A stretch of DNA of 57,838 nt, the filler included, from Sphacelaria rigidula (lineage: Eukaryota): NCBI GenBank assembly GCA_964200075.2. It is 8 parts of 8 records of this genome, joined end to end, with 100 filler letters (N's around TTAATTAATTAA, not from the genome) between each part and the next. Parts side by side here need not be neighbours in the genome. Positions count along the whole stretch, not along the records: positions 21,729 to 28,870 come from CAXNAA020016282.1; positions 28,971 to 36,112 come from CAXNAA020016283.1; 6 more parts are not named here. One strand, written 5' to 3'. Positions within the stretch are counted from its first letter, which is position 1. Every line of letters begins with the position of its first letter. A program made the translations under genes and the position numbers. Below the pieces are notes generated by a model that was not told the origin of the DNA, made no database searches, and saw only the letters and a program-made list of their open reading frames with translations. Shown one piece after another: positions 24,969 to 36,212 of the stretch.

Positions 24969-27172
24969 GTGAGAAGAAACATGTTGTAACCCCTGCGAAC
25001 ACATCACCGATGTGTGTGCAGTCTAGTCATTCGAAGTGGTTGGGATGTGCATTCAGAAACGCGGCCGTTTGGCTTCCGTGATGCAGAAATCCGCGCACGA
25101 CCACTTTCTTTCGCGTTTGGACAATAGCTCCGGGTAAGTTAATGAAATCCAGTGGGAAGACGTTTGAGGATGTCTCTCTGCCGCGTGTCCACATACCACA
25201 TTCATGTTCGGAGGATGAGGTGATCATCCGGTAGCACTGCAGCTACGGTTATTGCTGGGGCGGCCACAGTAGGCGACCAACGCCATGTCTGTCGCCCTGA
25301 CCATGGACTACCAGTCTCCTCCGGTTGATTGGTTCATGGGTTATGACATAGCTTATTGACTGCTATGAATCCATCTGCTATCACAAGATTGAGACAGCGA
25401 AGGTAAATGAACCCATGGAAAACATTTGCCGGAGAAATCTCGTGAAAAGTGGACAAAAACTAAATATGTGGTTATGTGGCACACTCTGTAGTGCATGGTT
25501 CTGATCGTCTTCTCTCTTACTTGTCTGCCCAGGGAATCATGGGGGCATCGAAAGTTAGCGCATCACCTTATCTCTGCACAAGCTGTCGTAATCGGCCGGC
25601 TGGCCGGCTCAGGTCCTCGCGTCGTACTCCACAGCAATGAAGCTACCAGTCTGTTTCTACGGCAGGGGTGCATCTTTTAGTCAAAACGTTTGTTGAGGTT
25701 GCACACTAAGGCCCAAATGTTTGTCATCGAGAGGCTCCTGAAGTGCAGAGTCTCAAAACCAAATGATCCACCCCTACCGTAGGAGTAGGAACGGTGCTCC
25801 GTCTCGAAAGGGATGCGTGGTCAATGGTCAAACGACTAAGGCAAGCAACAAATGAGTACGCCCCCCCTACCGTAGAACCACGTACTACCTACAGCGGTAT
25901 AGTCGATAGAAGAATCCTTGTGCTCTGGGTGAGGCCTATGCTCCAGAACGGGCCTTACGCACTACGAAGGTAGTACTTGATAAATAGACCGAAAATCATT
26001 CATTTTTTATGTTGTCCTACTATACGCGGCCTTGAGCTGTGTAGCCAGGGTTTTGCTTGTGTCCTACTCTATCCCTGTACCTTACATCGGTGCTTTTCCA
26101 AAAAGGGTGTCACGCACTGTTCAGTACAGGTTTGCGTTAGACAAGAGCGACCATAGCTTCTGTGGGTGTCCCTATTGGTAAATTGACAAGCACAGACTGA
26201 TCTCCACTGCTTGAGACAAAACAGTACCTCCAGGGCAAACAACCTGAGCAATAGAAAACACACAGCTCAGAAAGCAGGTGTCCTGCTACCGAACTACCGC
26301 CTCGGAGCTGGCCGGGCAGTCTGATCGATCATTTGGCCACCTCCATCACTTGTAAAATTTGCTGACAATTCGTGACGGTGTGGTAACGCCAGTCGGGCAC
26401 AACCGCTACACACGAGGGAAAGTAAGAAATAATGGCATTGATGTCCGCGTTGCCGACACCAACGTGAGAGCAATGACACCTGTTTCGACACTCACATCGT
26501 CGTCTTTCGGAAGTTATACCTTCAACAAGCAACTGGGGAACACCTGCTATATTGCGCGTGATTTCCAGGCCCCGGACATTGAACATATCTTCGATTTCTC
26601 ACTCGAGGCCAGAGAGTAAGGACGTGGACGTTCGAGGAGGGGTGCCCATGGATCAATTGACTCTTCGTTTTGCTGTTGTTTCTTCCAAACATTATTCGAG
26701 GATTTTGTTTAGGACAGTCTGTCATGTGGACCTAGCTCCCGAACGACAAACACCTACCGTGATAGTGATCTTCAAATGTTCGATGCGCATCCGTTCTTCA
26801 GAGTCTCAACTCATAGCTCTCGAACCATGATTGAAGAATCACCGGAAGCACTTTTAATTATCAATCTATGGTACCGATCTGCACAGCATACGGTCGGATG
26901 ACGATTCGACAAAGGCGACGACGACGACGACGACGACGATGATGATGATGATGCTGATGATGATAGCGATAATTGGTTCGTTCAGAACAACAGTTTCATC
27001 GTTTCGCTTCAATTTCTCACAGAAATATTCGGCGGACACAATCCTGCGCAAGCACTGACGTCGCCGCGCACTGCTTACTGCAGTAGTGCGTGTTTGACAT
27101 CTTTCTTGATCCGCCTATGGTCCATTAATGAACATCCCCGTTCTATAAACGTCTGATATACCAAGCATATAG

Positions 27173-27363
27173 GGTTTTCAGATGACCTCGTCACGAATGG
27201 TGTACTTATACGCGCAGAGCTTGTCGGCCAAGAGCTAAGGCATCTGAGAACGGAGTGTCGGGCACAGGCGAAACAATTCGAAGCTATACAGCCACCACCG
27301 TCGTCGTCATCGTCATCATCAGCATTCGAAGGTCATGCTGTGGAAAATAACATGAAAAACAAG
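27173..27363 (+). CDS. Probable coiled-coil exon
   Basis: Reads DDLVTNGVLIRAELVGQELRHLRTECRAQAKQFE..NK; AAG|GTTAGG phase-0 donor matches the 28017 exon; acceptor could be 27173, 27182 or 27218. Confidence 0.6.
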
Positions 27364-28016
27364 GTTAGGCCGATTTATACCGAACGCGTCTGAGAGCCGA
27401 GCAATGCTATGGTAGGAGTTGCATTTTACAGAAAACGTTTCTCGGGGCAGCTCGGGGTGTTGGATGGGTCATGTTGAGAGACGGCATCATTTTTACTTCA
27501 AAAATACCGAAAATGATACCGCGTCACGGAAAGGCCCCTGCGTGCAAGCACCATAATATTTCCTTGAGTCCGGTCCCCGGAGATTCGGGTTGCACAGTAC
27601 GCCCCATGTACTTGGGCTCCTACAAAAAAGAGACCTAGAAACAAAAAGTGCAACCCCTAACGTAGCATTGCTCAGCCACAAAACAATAAACCGCGCTTTC
27701 GAGTGGTTCGACGTTCACCGCAGAATTGTCACAGGGCTGAACCAGGGGAGGAGGAAGGGTATAGCAGTCTGAAATAACAAAAAAGCACAATGTGACGGCA
27801 TTAAGCGTTCATAAATACGATACCTATTTGCGATGCTGTGTATAGTACATGGAATTACCCCTGATTGTGTCGATATAAGCAAGCAAACTCTACTTTGTTT
27901 CATGCGCACATAATTATGCTTCATTTTGCTTGCGCTATACGCACGCGCCAATTTCAATATCCTCCTGGTTTAATAATCGGTTCACGTTCCCCTTACGTAT
28001 TCTGATACACACACAG

Positions 28017-28208
28017 CTTCGCAAGTCAGAGGCGCAAAACAGCAAGCTCCTCAGCCTGCTACGAGACGTACGCGACGAGCTGGCAACCAAAACGCAGGGC
28101 GGCACCCCCGCTATCAAGAGCGGCTCATCTCCGCCTTCTGATAAACGCCGTGATTTAGAACGAGATTTCAAGCGCCTCCGCCAAAAATACGACAGGGCGA
28201 AAGCTCAG
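28017..28208 (+). CDS. Coiled-coil exon
   Basis: CTGAT branch-like site, CAG| acceptor and CAG|GTGCAA donor; LRKSEAQNSKLLSLLRDVRDELA..DLERDFKRLRQKYDRAKAQ shows a heptad pattern. Confidence 0.7.
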
Positions 28209-28870
28209 GTGCAATAAGTAGGGGCAGTTGATCATGGGAAGTCGTTAATCAATTTTTAAAAATATGTTATGTCTGGATTAAACGATGCGTTTTCTGAGTG
28301 CGCACATGAGACGGTGCCAAAGAAAATCAGATCGGAAAAATACTCCGACATGAAAAATGCATGGAAAATCCAAGATTGTCTTACAAAGTTCTGGTGGAGT
28401 CAGAGTTCTGGCCTAATCGGCATGTACTTCGCATATTGTCTGGACTAAGCTGGTCAACATAATGAGATTGTTGTTACTCTTACTTTTCATGCTGATAGTT
28501 GACGGCAACTTCTGGATCACATGTACACTGTGCGTACGTATTGGAGCGATTGTACGGCCTCCGTATTGACCATCTTGTATACGTTTGTTCTTTTTTCGTG
28601 CGGCCTACTCACCTAAAGCTGTGCGGGAGGGGCCTGCGGTTTTCTCCTCTCGGATTCGTACTCGATTTTGGCTAGGTGTGTTTTTTTTCATGCCCCCCCC
28701 CCCCTGTTTACCTCTTTCCCTCTTCTCTTGTCTCGTCTTCTGTTCAGTATATCTAGCCTATGTTCCCTCTCCTTTCCTGTCACCTTCCCCCCCCCCCCCC
28801 CCCCCCCGCTTTCTGTTCCGTGGGCTTTCTCTTTCCCCCCCCGCTCCTTCGTCCTTGGTTTTGCGAAGAC

Positions 28871-28970
28871 NNNNNNNNNNNNNNNNNNNNNNNNNNNNNN
28901 NNNNNNNNNNNNNNTTAATTAATTAANNNNNNNNNNNNNNNNNNNNNNNNNNNNNNNNNNNNNNNNNNNN
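28871..28970. other. Artificial scaffold-joining pad
   Basis: 44 N + TTAATTAATTAA + 44 N. Confidence 0.97.
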
Positions 28971-29083
28971 CGCCAATATGAGGCGCTTTATGCAGCCTGA
29001 ACCCAAACATCAGGCGCTGAATGGCCTTTTTTTCGTGACACTTTTAGCTGGTTTTGGGGGGGGGGGCTGTCGTAGAAAGTGTC
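28971..29083 (-). mobile_element. Partial copy of the GACAC...GTGTC MITE
   Basis: Reverse complement of about 34453-34572; cut by the scaffold start. Confidence 0.8.
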
Positions 29084-32000
29084 GACACTTCTCGCCGATA
29101 CTCGTACAAGGTAGAATGGGGCGGGGGTACGCCAAGGGAGCTATCCCTGGCAGACGTTCCGGCTATGATGGGCGAGGGCGCCATTGAACGCCTAACGCTG
29201 GTCCGCCGGTAACGAGCACCATCCCACCTCCCCTTGAACCCTCTGCGACGGCGACCCTGCCGCAGAGGCGCACCTTTGACGCCAACAATCTTGTGAGGCT
29301 GCCCACAAAGACACCCGGGTGTCTCTCCCATCGACAGGCGGCCCCTGATATGCACAGGCAGGAAACAAACGATGCGCTCCCCTGTGGTGGAACCACTCTG
29401 TGGAGAACTCGTGAAAGGGGGCCACGGCGTGCGGAAGGATGCACGTCACGGTGGGAAAGCTTTCATCGAATGAACGAGGAGCTTGCACGAGCGAAGGAGG
29501 GCGCTATTTTAGCATTTCGCTGCCTCTGTAGGTTCACACCCTCATATGTTTTATAACTACACTTATTACGCCCCTAGTTAACGATCGGCGTGTGTGTGCG
29601 TTGGAAATATCCCTCACGGTTAGGATCCTTCGGTGGTCGGAGCGTTGCCGCTGCTGCGCAATTGGTGTTGGGACACACGATCGGCACGACTCCTTCCGTC
29701 CACTGACGTCATTCTGAAACCTGATGAGGTTTTGTCCGCGTGCCAAGCTTTTTGGGGGGGGGATTTGATTTGAGAGCACATTCATCATCGGCACTACATC
29801 CGGGATGAGTAATCACCAACTCGTCGCCAAATTGCCAAGTTTGCCCTATTTATGAAATACCGTGGTTTGTGGTTTTAGAGTCGGTGAGAGGCGAACTTCT
29901 GCGTGGAAGGGCTACGGCGGCAGAAGTCGACGGGGTGACGAGGTGGTTCCGAAACCTCCTGAGGTTTGTTTCACGTTCAATTTGTGGAAGAATGTAAGAC
30001 AAGACATCGACCAAGGCTGCGGCATAGATGGCGAAGCCGGAAATAATTGCCAAAGTGACAAGGTTGTTGTGTATTTTTGTGACCCCGTTATCGGTAGTTT
30101 TTGACTTGATAAAATAAGGAGATAACTTTTGTGTGAACGCTATGGCGGCATCATCGGACATGATCCATAGCTGGTTTCAAAACCACCCACACGTACCTTT
30201 CGCAATACGATATTGGTACGTAGAAAACACAACACCAACGCTATGACATGCATCATGAAGAAGCGAGTCTCTCGAGCAAGGGACGAGTTTGTTGTGTTGT
30301 TCATGTCGTATCACATGATGATTCGGCGTAATTCCAGGCGGTCAGACCTACTCCTCCTGGGCCGGTGAGGGGGGGGGGGGGCTATGACTGCATCAGTAGA
30401 CGGCGCAACGACCTCGTCCTCAAAGCTGGTGAGGTTGGCATTATTACGAGAAAATTTATCCAGGTTAAAATTATGCAATCAAAACTGTGAGGTGTTTCAT
30501 TGAACAGCGAATGTTGGCGTTCTGACAAATTTGTCTTACCTGAAAAGATCTGATCCCCACCTTTTTGTGCCGGTCAAAGTTGCACTTCTTCCGGTGGTGG
30601 AGGGGAGTGCTTCGCGGCATTACCAGACGGTGCGATGATAGCTGGTTTAGAAACCAGCTGCAATAGTTCTAACGATATGTACGTTGTAACTTCAAAAACA
30701 CACGACCAACGCCACTATGAGATGGAAAGGAGGAGCAAACCTTGGCAGAGCGAGAAAGTTTGTGTCCCTTCCATAACACGCGAGTCCTATTTATAGAGGC
30801 GGTCGAAGACGAACGCTTCTTTTACACGGGGCGGGGGGAAAAGGGGGGGGGGGACATGGTGGCATCCGTGTACACACGACTGGCTACTCCGGTGCGGTGT
30901 GATGGTTCTCGACTTACCTGAGGTTAATTTCCCGAGCACTTCTCGTTTTGTGCAAACACTCTATATTAAATATTGCTATGAGATAGATCGTGAACGAGCT
31001 AATATTGGAAAAGCGAGAAATGTGCGTTTTGTTCAGATAACACGCGAATTGCAGATTGTCAGACCGACAATCTTGCACTATTTGTGTTGTGTGTGTGTGG
31101 GGGGGGGCGCCTTCGCGTACACACGACTACCCCGGCGCAATTAGATGGATCTAAAACCAGGTAAGGCTGGTTTCCCGATGAGCTCTGGAGTTCTGTAAAC
31201 AACCGTTTGATATTGATAATAAACCGGCAAATCTTGGCAAAGTGACAAATATGCGTTTATTGGAAACACGTTATTCGTAGATATGGAGGTGGTAGCAATT
31301 GCACCTTTCTGGGCGATCCATGATGGGCAGACTCGATGGTGCAATGACGTGGTTCTGAAACCACCTGACGTTGGTTCAACGGGACCAAAAACCAGCAATT
31401 CTTGGCAAAAATGACCAATTTGTACTTTGCTCAACAAAGTCTTTTGAGTTTCACCGTAATATTGTCATGAACATCATGTAGAGTCCGCAAGACACTGGTA
31501 CACTGGTTTGGTTTGAGCTGGTTTGATTAGTTTCCGGGAACATTTATCCACCCCGGAAAAGTAGGGGTACGAGGCCATGGTTGCAAGATTTTCAATTTTT
31601 CAAGGAATTATTTTATCTTCGACAGGTACGACCGGGTTTGATTTTTTGTTGCAGACAAACTGCATTTCAATGGTTTTTGGTAACGGACTTCGGGTGCCAC
31701 AAAGGTTGCCGTGGCAAATATCGGAAACTGGACTGATTTTCTACTTTGCGTTTGGTTGATGAATTTTTCTATTTTTGTTTAAGAATATACCTCTTGGATT
31801 TTTTGACATTTTGGTTAGCGATGATTTGAGTTTTTTTAATTCGAATTCTTTTTCAGAACTGAAAGGCGTGATTGGATGGATGAATAGCATGAGTATGTCA
31901 TGACGTATTGAGGAAAAGGACTAGAGGAAGGAATTGCAGTTTCCTAAGTAGATGGCGTTACGAAATGTCTGTACACGGGTGGGACGATTTTTTCTGTGCT

Positions 32001-32957
32001 TGATAGTATAGCATTGGATATTGTCTAGTAGGGTTTGAGACATGAGTAAAATTAGGCCGTGAGTAGGAGGGCTAGTCGAATATGAGAGTATGAGACTTGA
32101 GAATTGAGTAGAGTTGAGCCGTGAGTAGGAGGGCTGATCGAATATACTCACACTCAATGATGGATGCATGTAAACAGGCCTGGATGCGTGGGGAATGGAT
32201 ATTGTGATTGGATTATGACATATGGGTGAAGGGCAAATGAGGTNNNNNNNNNNNNNNNNNNNNNNNNNNNNNNNNNNNNNNNNNNNNNNNNNNNNNNNNN
32301 NNNNNNNNNNNNNNNNNNNNNNNNNNNNNNNNNNNNNNNNNNNNNNNNNNNNNNNNNNNNNNNNNNNNNNNNNNNNNNNNNNNNNNNNNNNNNNNNNNNN
32401 NNNNNNNNNNNNNNNNNNNNNNNNNNNNNNNNNNNNNNNNNNNNNNNNNNNNNNNNNNNNNNNNNNNNNNNNNNNNNNNNNNNNNNNNNNNNNNNNNNNN
32501 NNNNNNNNNNNNNNNNNNNNNNNNNNNNNNNNNNNNNNNNNNNNNNNNNNNNNNNNNNNNNNNNNNNNNNNNNNNNNNNNNNNNNNNNNNNNNNNNNNNN
32601 NNNNNNNNNNNNNNNNNNNNNNNNNNNNNNNNNNNNNNNNNNNNNNNNNNNNNNNNNNNNNNNNNNNNNNNNNNNNNNNNNNNNNNNNNNNNNNNNNNNN
32701 NNNNNNNNNNNNNNNNNNNNNNNNNNNNNNNNNNNNNNNNNNNNNNNNNNNNNNNNNNNNNNNNNNNNNNNNNNNNNNNNNNNNNNNNNNNNNNNNNNNN
32801 NNNNNNNNNNNNNNNTACGACACAGTTTGAAAGGGTCTAGCCGGGATTTTCACCTAAAACCAAGTATTAAGCCTGAATGTTCAAACATTCTCGACCAAGC
32901 CAGGTTTTCTACGCTTGATTTCTGGGTCTCCAGTGCAGGGGTCGTATAATATTATAC

Positions 32958-33366
32958 CAGACAGTTCTATGAAATGAGGTTCATCAATGACATGAGGTTC
33001 GAGCCCAAAACAGTACTTTCTCCACACTTTCAGCGATGGTATCCGATGACTTTCTTGTCGGCCTAATGCCCCTCGATCGCGTACATACTTTTTCAGCGCA
33101 TGTTACCGACTCTGTGAGCTTACAGCGCTGGCCGAAACCGCTGTTTTCCCTGATACCACCCTCCTAAAAAAAAGTAGAAATGGCGGTTTCGGACAGCGCT
33201 GTAAGCTCATAGAGTGAATAAAATGCGCTGAAGAAGTATCAACGCGATCGAGGGGCATTAGGCCGACAAGAAAGTGCTTGGGCACCATCGCTGAAAGTGT
33301 GAAGAAAGTACTGTTTTGGGCTCGAACCTCATCTAATTGATGAAACTCATTTTATAGAATTGTCTG
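32958..33366. repeat. Long inverted repeat (fold-back MITE-like)
   Basis: Arms of about 190 bp, e.g. GAGGTTCGAGCCCAAAACAGTACTTTC and GAAAGTACTGTTTTGGGCTCGAACCTC, around a loop of about 30 bp. Confidence 0.85.
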
Positions 33367-34180
33367 TTTTATGATGAAATCTGTGCAGTTTCATGTATAT
33401 TATTTTGTCTCTACATGCTCCCGGCCCGAGCAGAGTGTCTACAAGGCACCCCGCCACAAGGCGTACTTGTGCCTCTTTTTTCATTGCACATCTCTATGGC
33501 CTCGTACGTTCCAAGGGATAACTACAATCCTCACGTAGACAAACCATCATGTAGAGAACGAGGGCGTGGTGGGCGTGATGTGTAACCCCCCCCCTCCCTC
33601 CCCTGCCAAACACACATCTTTATCATCATCGAAAGACTTTCGGACAGGATGCGACGCTTGCTTGACTGCCCGAAGAGGCCTGGGACCTCTGTCAGCTAGC
33701 GACTTGCGTTCAGCAGCATCATTGCCGGGGACACGACCAAGCTTCTCTCAGAATAGAGCTGTCGACACAGATTTTGATACCCATGGCCTTGTCTGAGAGG
33801 AGGCCCTGCGACCAAAGCTTGAGCCAGTTGAGATTCATTATTCGTTAGACACTCATTATGTTACGTAGCCTCACACTGTTTTTACTCATGGGAAAACCGC
33901 TTCCTATTTTCGGGCGATCTGTGCACTCGCACAAAAATGAGCTCCAGGTTCGTGTTGTATTTGAAAAAAGGAATAAAAACGCCTTTACAACAGTATCATA
34001 TCCTCCAGTTACGAGCCATGGGAGTTAGATATCACCCTTAGGAAGCGAAAGTAGGTCGTATGTTGTATCGTCATTCGTTTCACTTGAAAAGCTATGCATG
34101 ATCCAGATGGACTACCCTCGCGGTCTAAATGTGTCAAGCAAAGAATGAAGGAAGCCATTTTCAAATGACTGCCTTCTGGC

Positions 34181-34783
34181 TGTGACGAAAATACGCCGTT
34201 ACGTTGAGTTGGTGGTGATGATATGGATAACGACTGGGGGCACGGGGATTCCGGAGGGTTCTGGATCATGACCGGGGACACCGACATGGCACTTGCGTGT
34301 CTAGAAAGCTGGTGCCTTGGAAGGTCACTCCTGATAATATGAGATGTTGGTAAAGGCTCATAACTGGAACTGAGACTAGCAAGACTGGAGAGTCCCTCAA
34401 CAGGAGTGATCCACCAGTCCGTATTCTGGCTGGCGTCTCAATATCGATACTAGACACTTTCTACGATAGCTCCCCCCCAAAACCAGCGAAAAGTGTCACG
34501 AAAAGAATGGCCATACAGCCAAGATCCAGCGCCTGATGTTCGGGTTCAGGCTGCATGATGCGCCTCATATTGGGGACATTGGCTAGAACGAACCCAAGCG
34601 TAGGGATTCCCAGCTTCTCGTTGTGCTCAGCATTTCCCATTTCGATTTACGTGAACATTTTGCCTCCCAAAACCAAGCACTTTTGGGGTGGGGGGCTATC
34701 GTAGAAAGTGTCACTAGTGCTAGTGTTAGTGCTAGAAACCTGCTGGAAAGATATTCGGCGAAAGGGGTCTGTTAGCTGTGACA
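34181..34783 (+). repeat. Probable 5' LTR, interrupted by a MITE
   Basis: Starts TGTGAC and ends GTGACA; blocks CTGGATCATGACCGGGGACA and ACTGGAGAGTCCCTC match LTR 9506-10003; lies upstream of gag. No clear PBS. Confidence 0.5.
34453..34712 (+). mobile_element. 260-bp MITE with 4-bp TSD
   Basis: TIRs GACACTTTCTACGATAGC and GCTATCGTAGAAAGTGTC; ACTA duplicated at 34449-34452 and 34713-34716. Confidence 0.88.
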
Positions 34784-34895
34784 ACCTGATAACCCACGGA
34801 CGCGTGGAGAGAGTTCCAGCTGAGGAGGCTGCAGACAGGCGGCCAACCTGTGATTGATCCAGACTGGAGACTTGCTGAAGCTTCGTGCAGCGGGA

Positions 34896-35136
34896 GACGA
34901 CGATATCCGCCCCCAAAACCAGCCCAAAAGTGTCACAAAAAATGGCCATACAGCGCCTGATGCTTGGGTTCAGGCCGCACGAAGCGCCTCATATTGGCAA
35001 TATTGGCTGAAACAAACCCAAACGTGGAAATTCCCAGCTGTTCGTTGAGCTCGGCGTTTCCCATTCCGACTTATGTGAAGATTTTTCCTTCCAAAACCAT
35101 GCACTTTTGGGGGGGGGGGCTATCGTAGCAAGTGTC
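34896..35136 (+). mobile_element. Second copy of the 4-bp-TSD MITE
   Basis: Collinear with 34453-34712; left TIR partly deleted; GGGA duplicated at 34892-34895 and 35137-35140. Confidence 0.85.
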
Positions 35137-35372
35137 GGGATTTGGGGGCTCCTACGACTGTGTGGTGCGGCGACGAAGCAAGGAAATTGCAATTCGCGAA
35201 AGTCCGCTGGCCTGCAGAGGTTCGGAGGTAGTCAGCTACAGCTACAGCTATGGCTACCGGCTCACGAGGTACGTCCACCGCGACACCCGTGGTCATGCGA
35301 GAAGAGTTGCGATCTCCCCAATACGGAGACAGGCACTCAGAGAGTGCATCTCGCACTTTTTATACAAAATAA

Positions 35373-36112
35373 TTGGAGCACAAGAAACGTGTGGAGCACG
35401 CTAATGCACGGGGTGCCGTGCGGCATCAGGTGGTGACAATGGCTCAACAAGTGTCATCTCATGTACAGAGAGTGTTGGCTTCTTTGAAAGATAATGAGAA
35501 CACTATCAACCCGCCGCAATTGGTTGCGGCGATCAAAAAGCATGCTGGCCATGTGGTGGGCGCCGTGGTAGATCTGACCCAAGCGTCCGCGACCGTGGCG
35601 AAAGCTGTCGCCATGGATTCTCGGGGGAAAACGATGTCGAAGCGAGTGGAGCCCATCCTGGTCAATTTGGAGAAGTATTTCAAGGACAATCCGAACGTGG
35701 AACAGTATATCGCTCCGCCGATGGTGAGTTCATTCCCGGCCCGGCTGCAGTAACCACTAAGGCTTTGGTGGGGGGGTTGGCACCGGAATATTTCGAGCAA
35801 GCCGTGCTTATCAAGCTGCAGCACCAAACAGACTGGAAGGCCGGCCCAAACCTGGTGATAAGCACCGTCGTGGCCAAGGCCAACGATTGGCGTAAAATAG
35901 AGGTGTTCGGCCAGTTGTCCACCCCTTCGCCGAAATATTTTCGCAACCATGGCTCGAAACCGGCTGGTCGCGCCGCGAGTATTACTTGCCACCGCTGTGG
36001 CCAGGTTGGCCATTACGCGCGCGATTGCACAACGTCTTCCGGTGGAGAGTCTGGGCAGTCTAGTGCCGCGCGCCATCAGCACCGTCAGCGCAAGGGCAAA
36101 AGACGAGGTCAT
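35373..36112 (+). pseudogene. Ty3/gypsy-type gag with CCHC zinc knuckle, frameshifted and truncated
   Basis: CHRCGQVGHYARDC knuckle; DWKAGPNLVISTVVAKANDW parallels GWKEDPGLVFNTAREAAEA* in the 39-41 kb gag. Confidence 0.75.
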
Positions 36113-36212
36113 NNNNNNNNNNNNNNNNNNNNNNNNNNNNNNNNNNNNNNNNNNNNTTAATTAATTAANNNNNNNNNNNNNNNNNNNNNNNNNNNNNNNN
36201 NNNNNNNNNNNN
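36113..36212. other. Artificial scaffold-joining pad
   Basis: 44 N + TTAATTAATTAA + 44 N. Confidence 0.97.

Noticed and set aside
29100..29556. Exon-like GC-rich segment ending NEELARAKE
   Set aside because: An upstream in-frame stop, no clear splice sites and no domain; not supportable as a CDS.
31921..32853. 310-aa and 202-aa ORFs
   Set aside because: Almost entirely an N gap.
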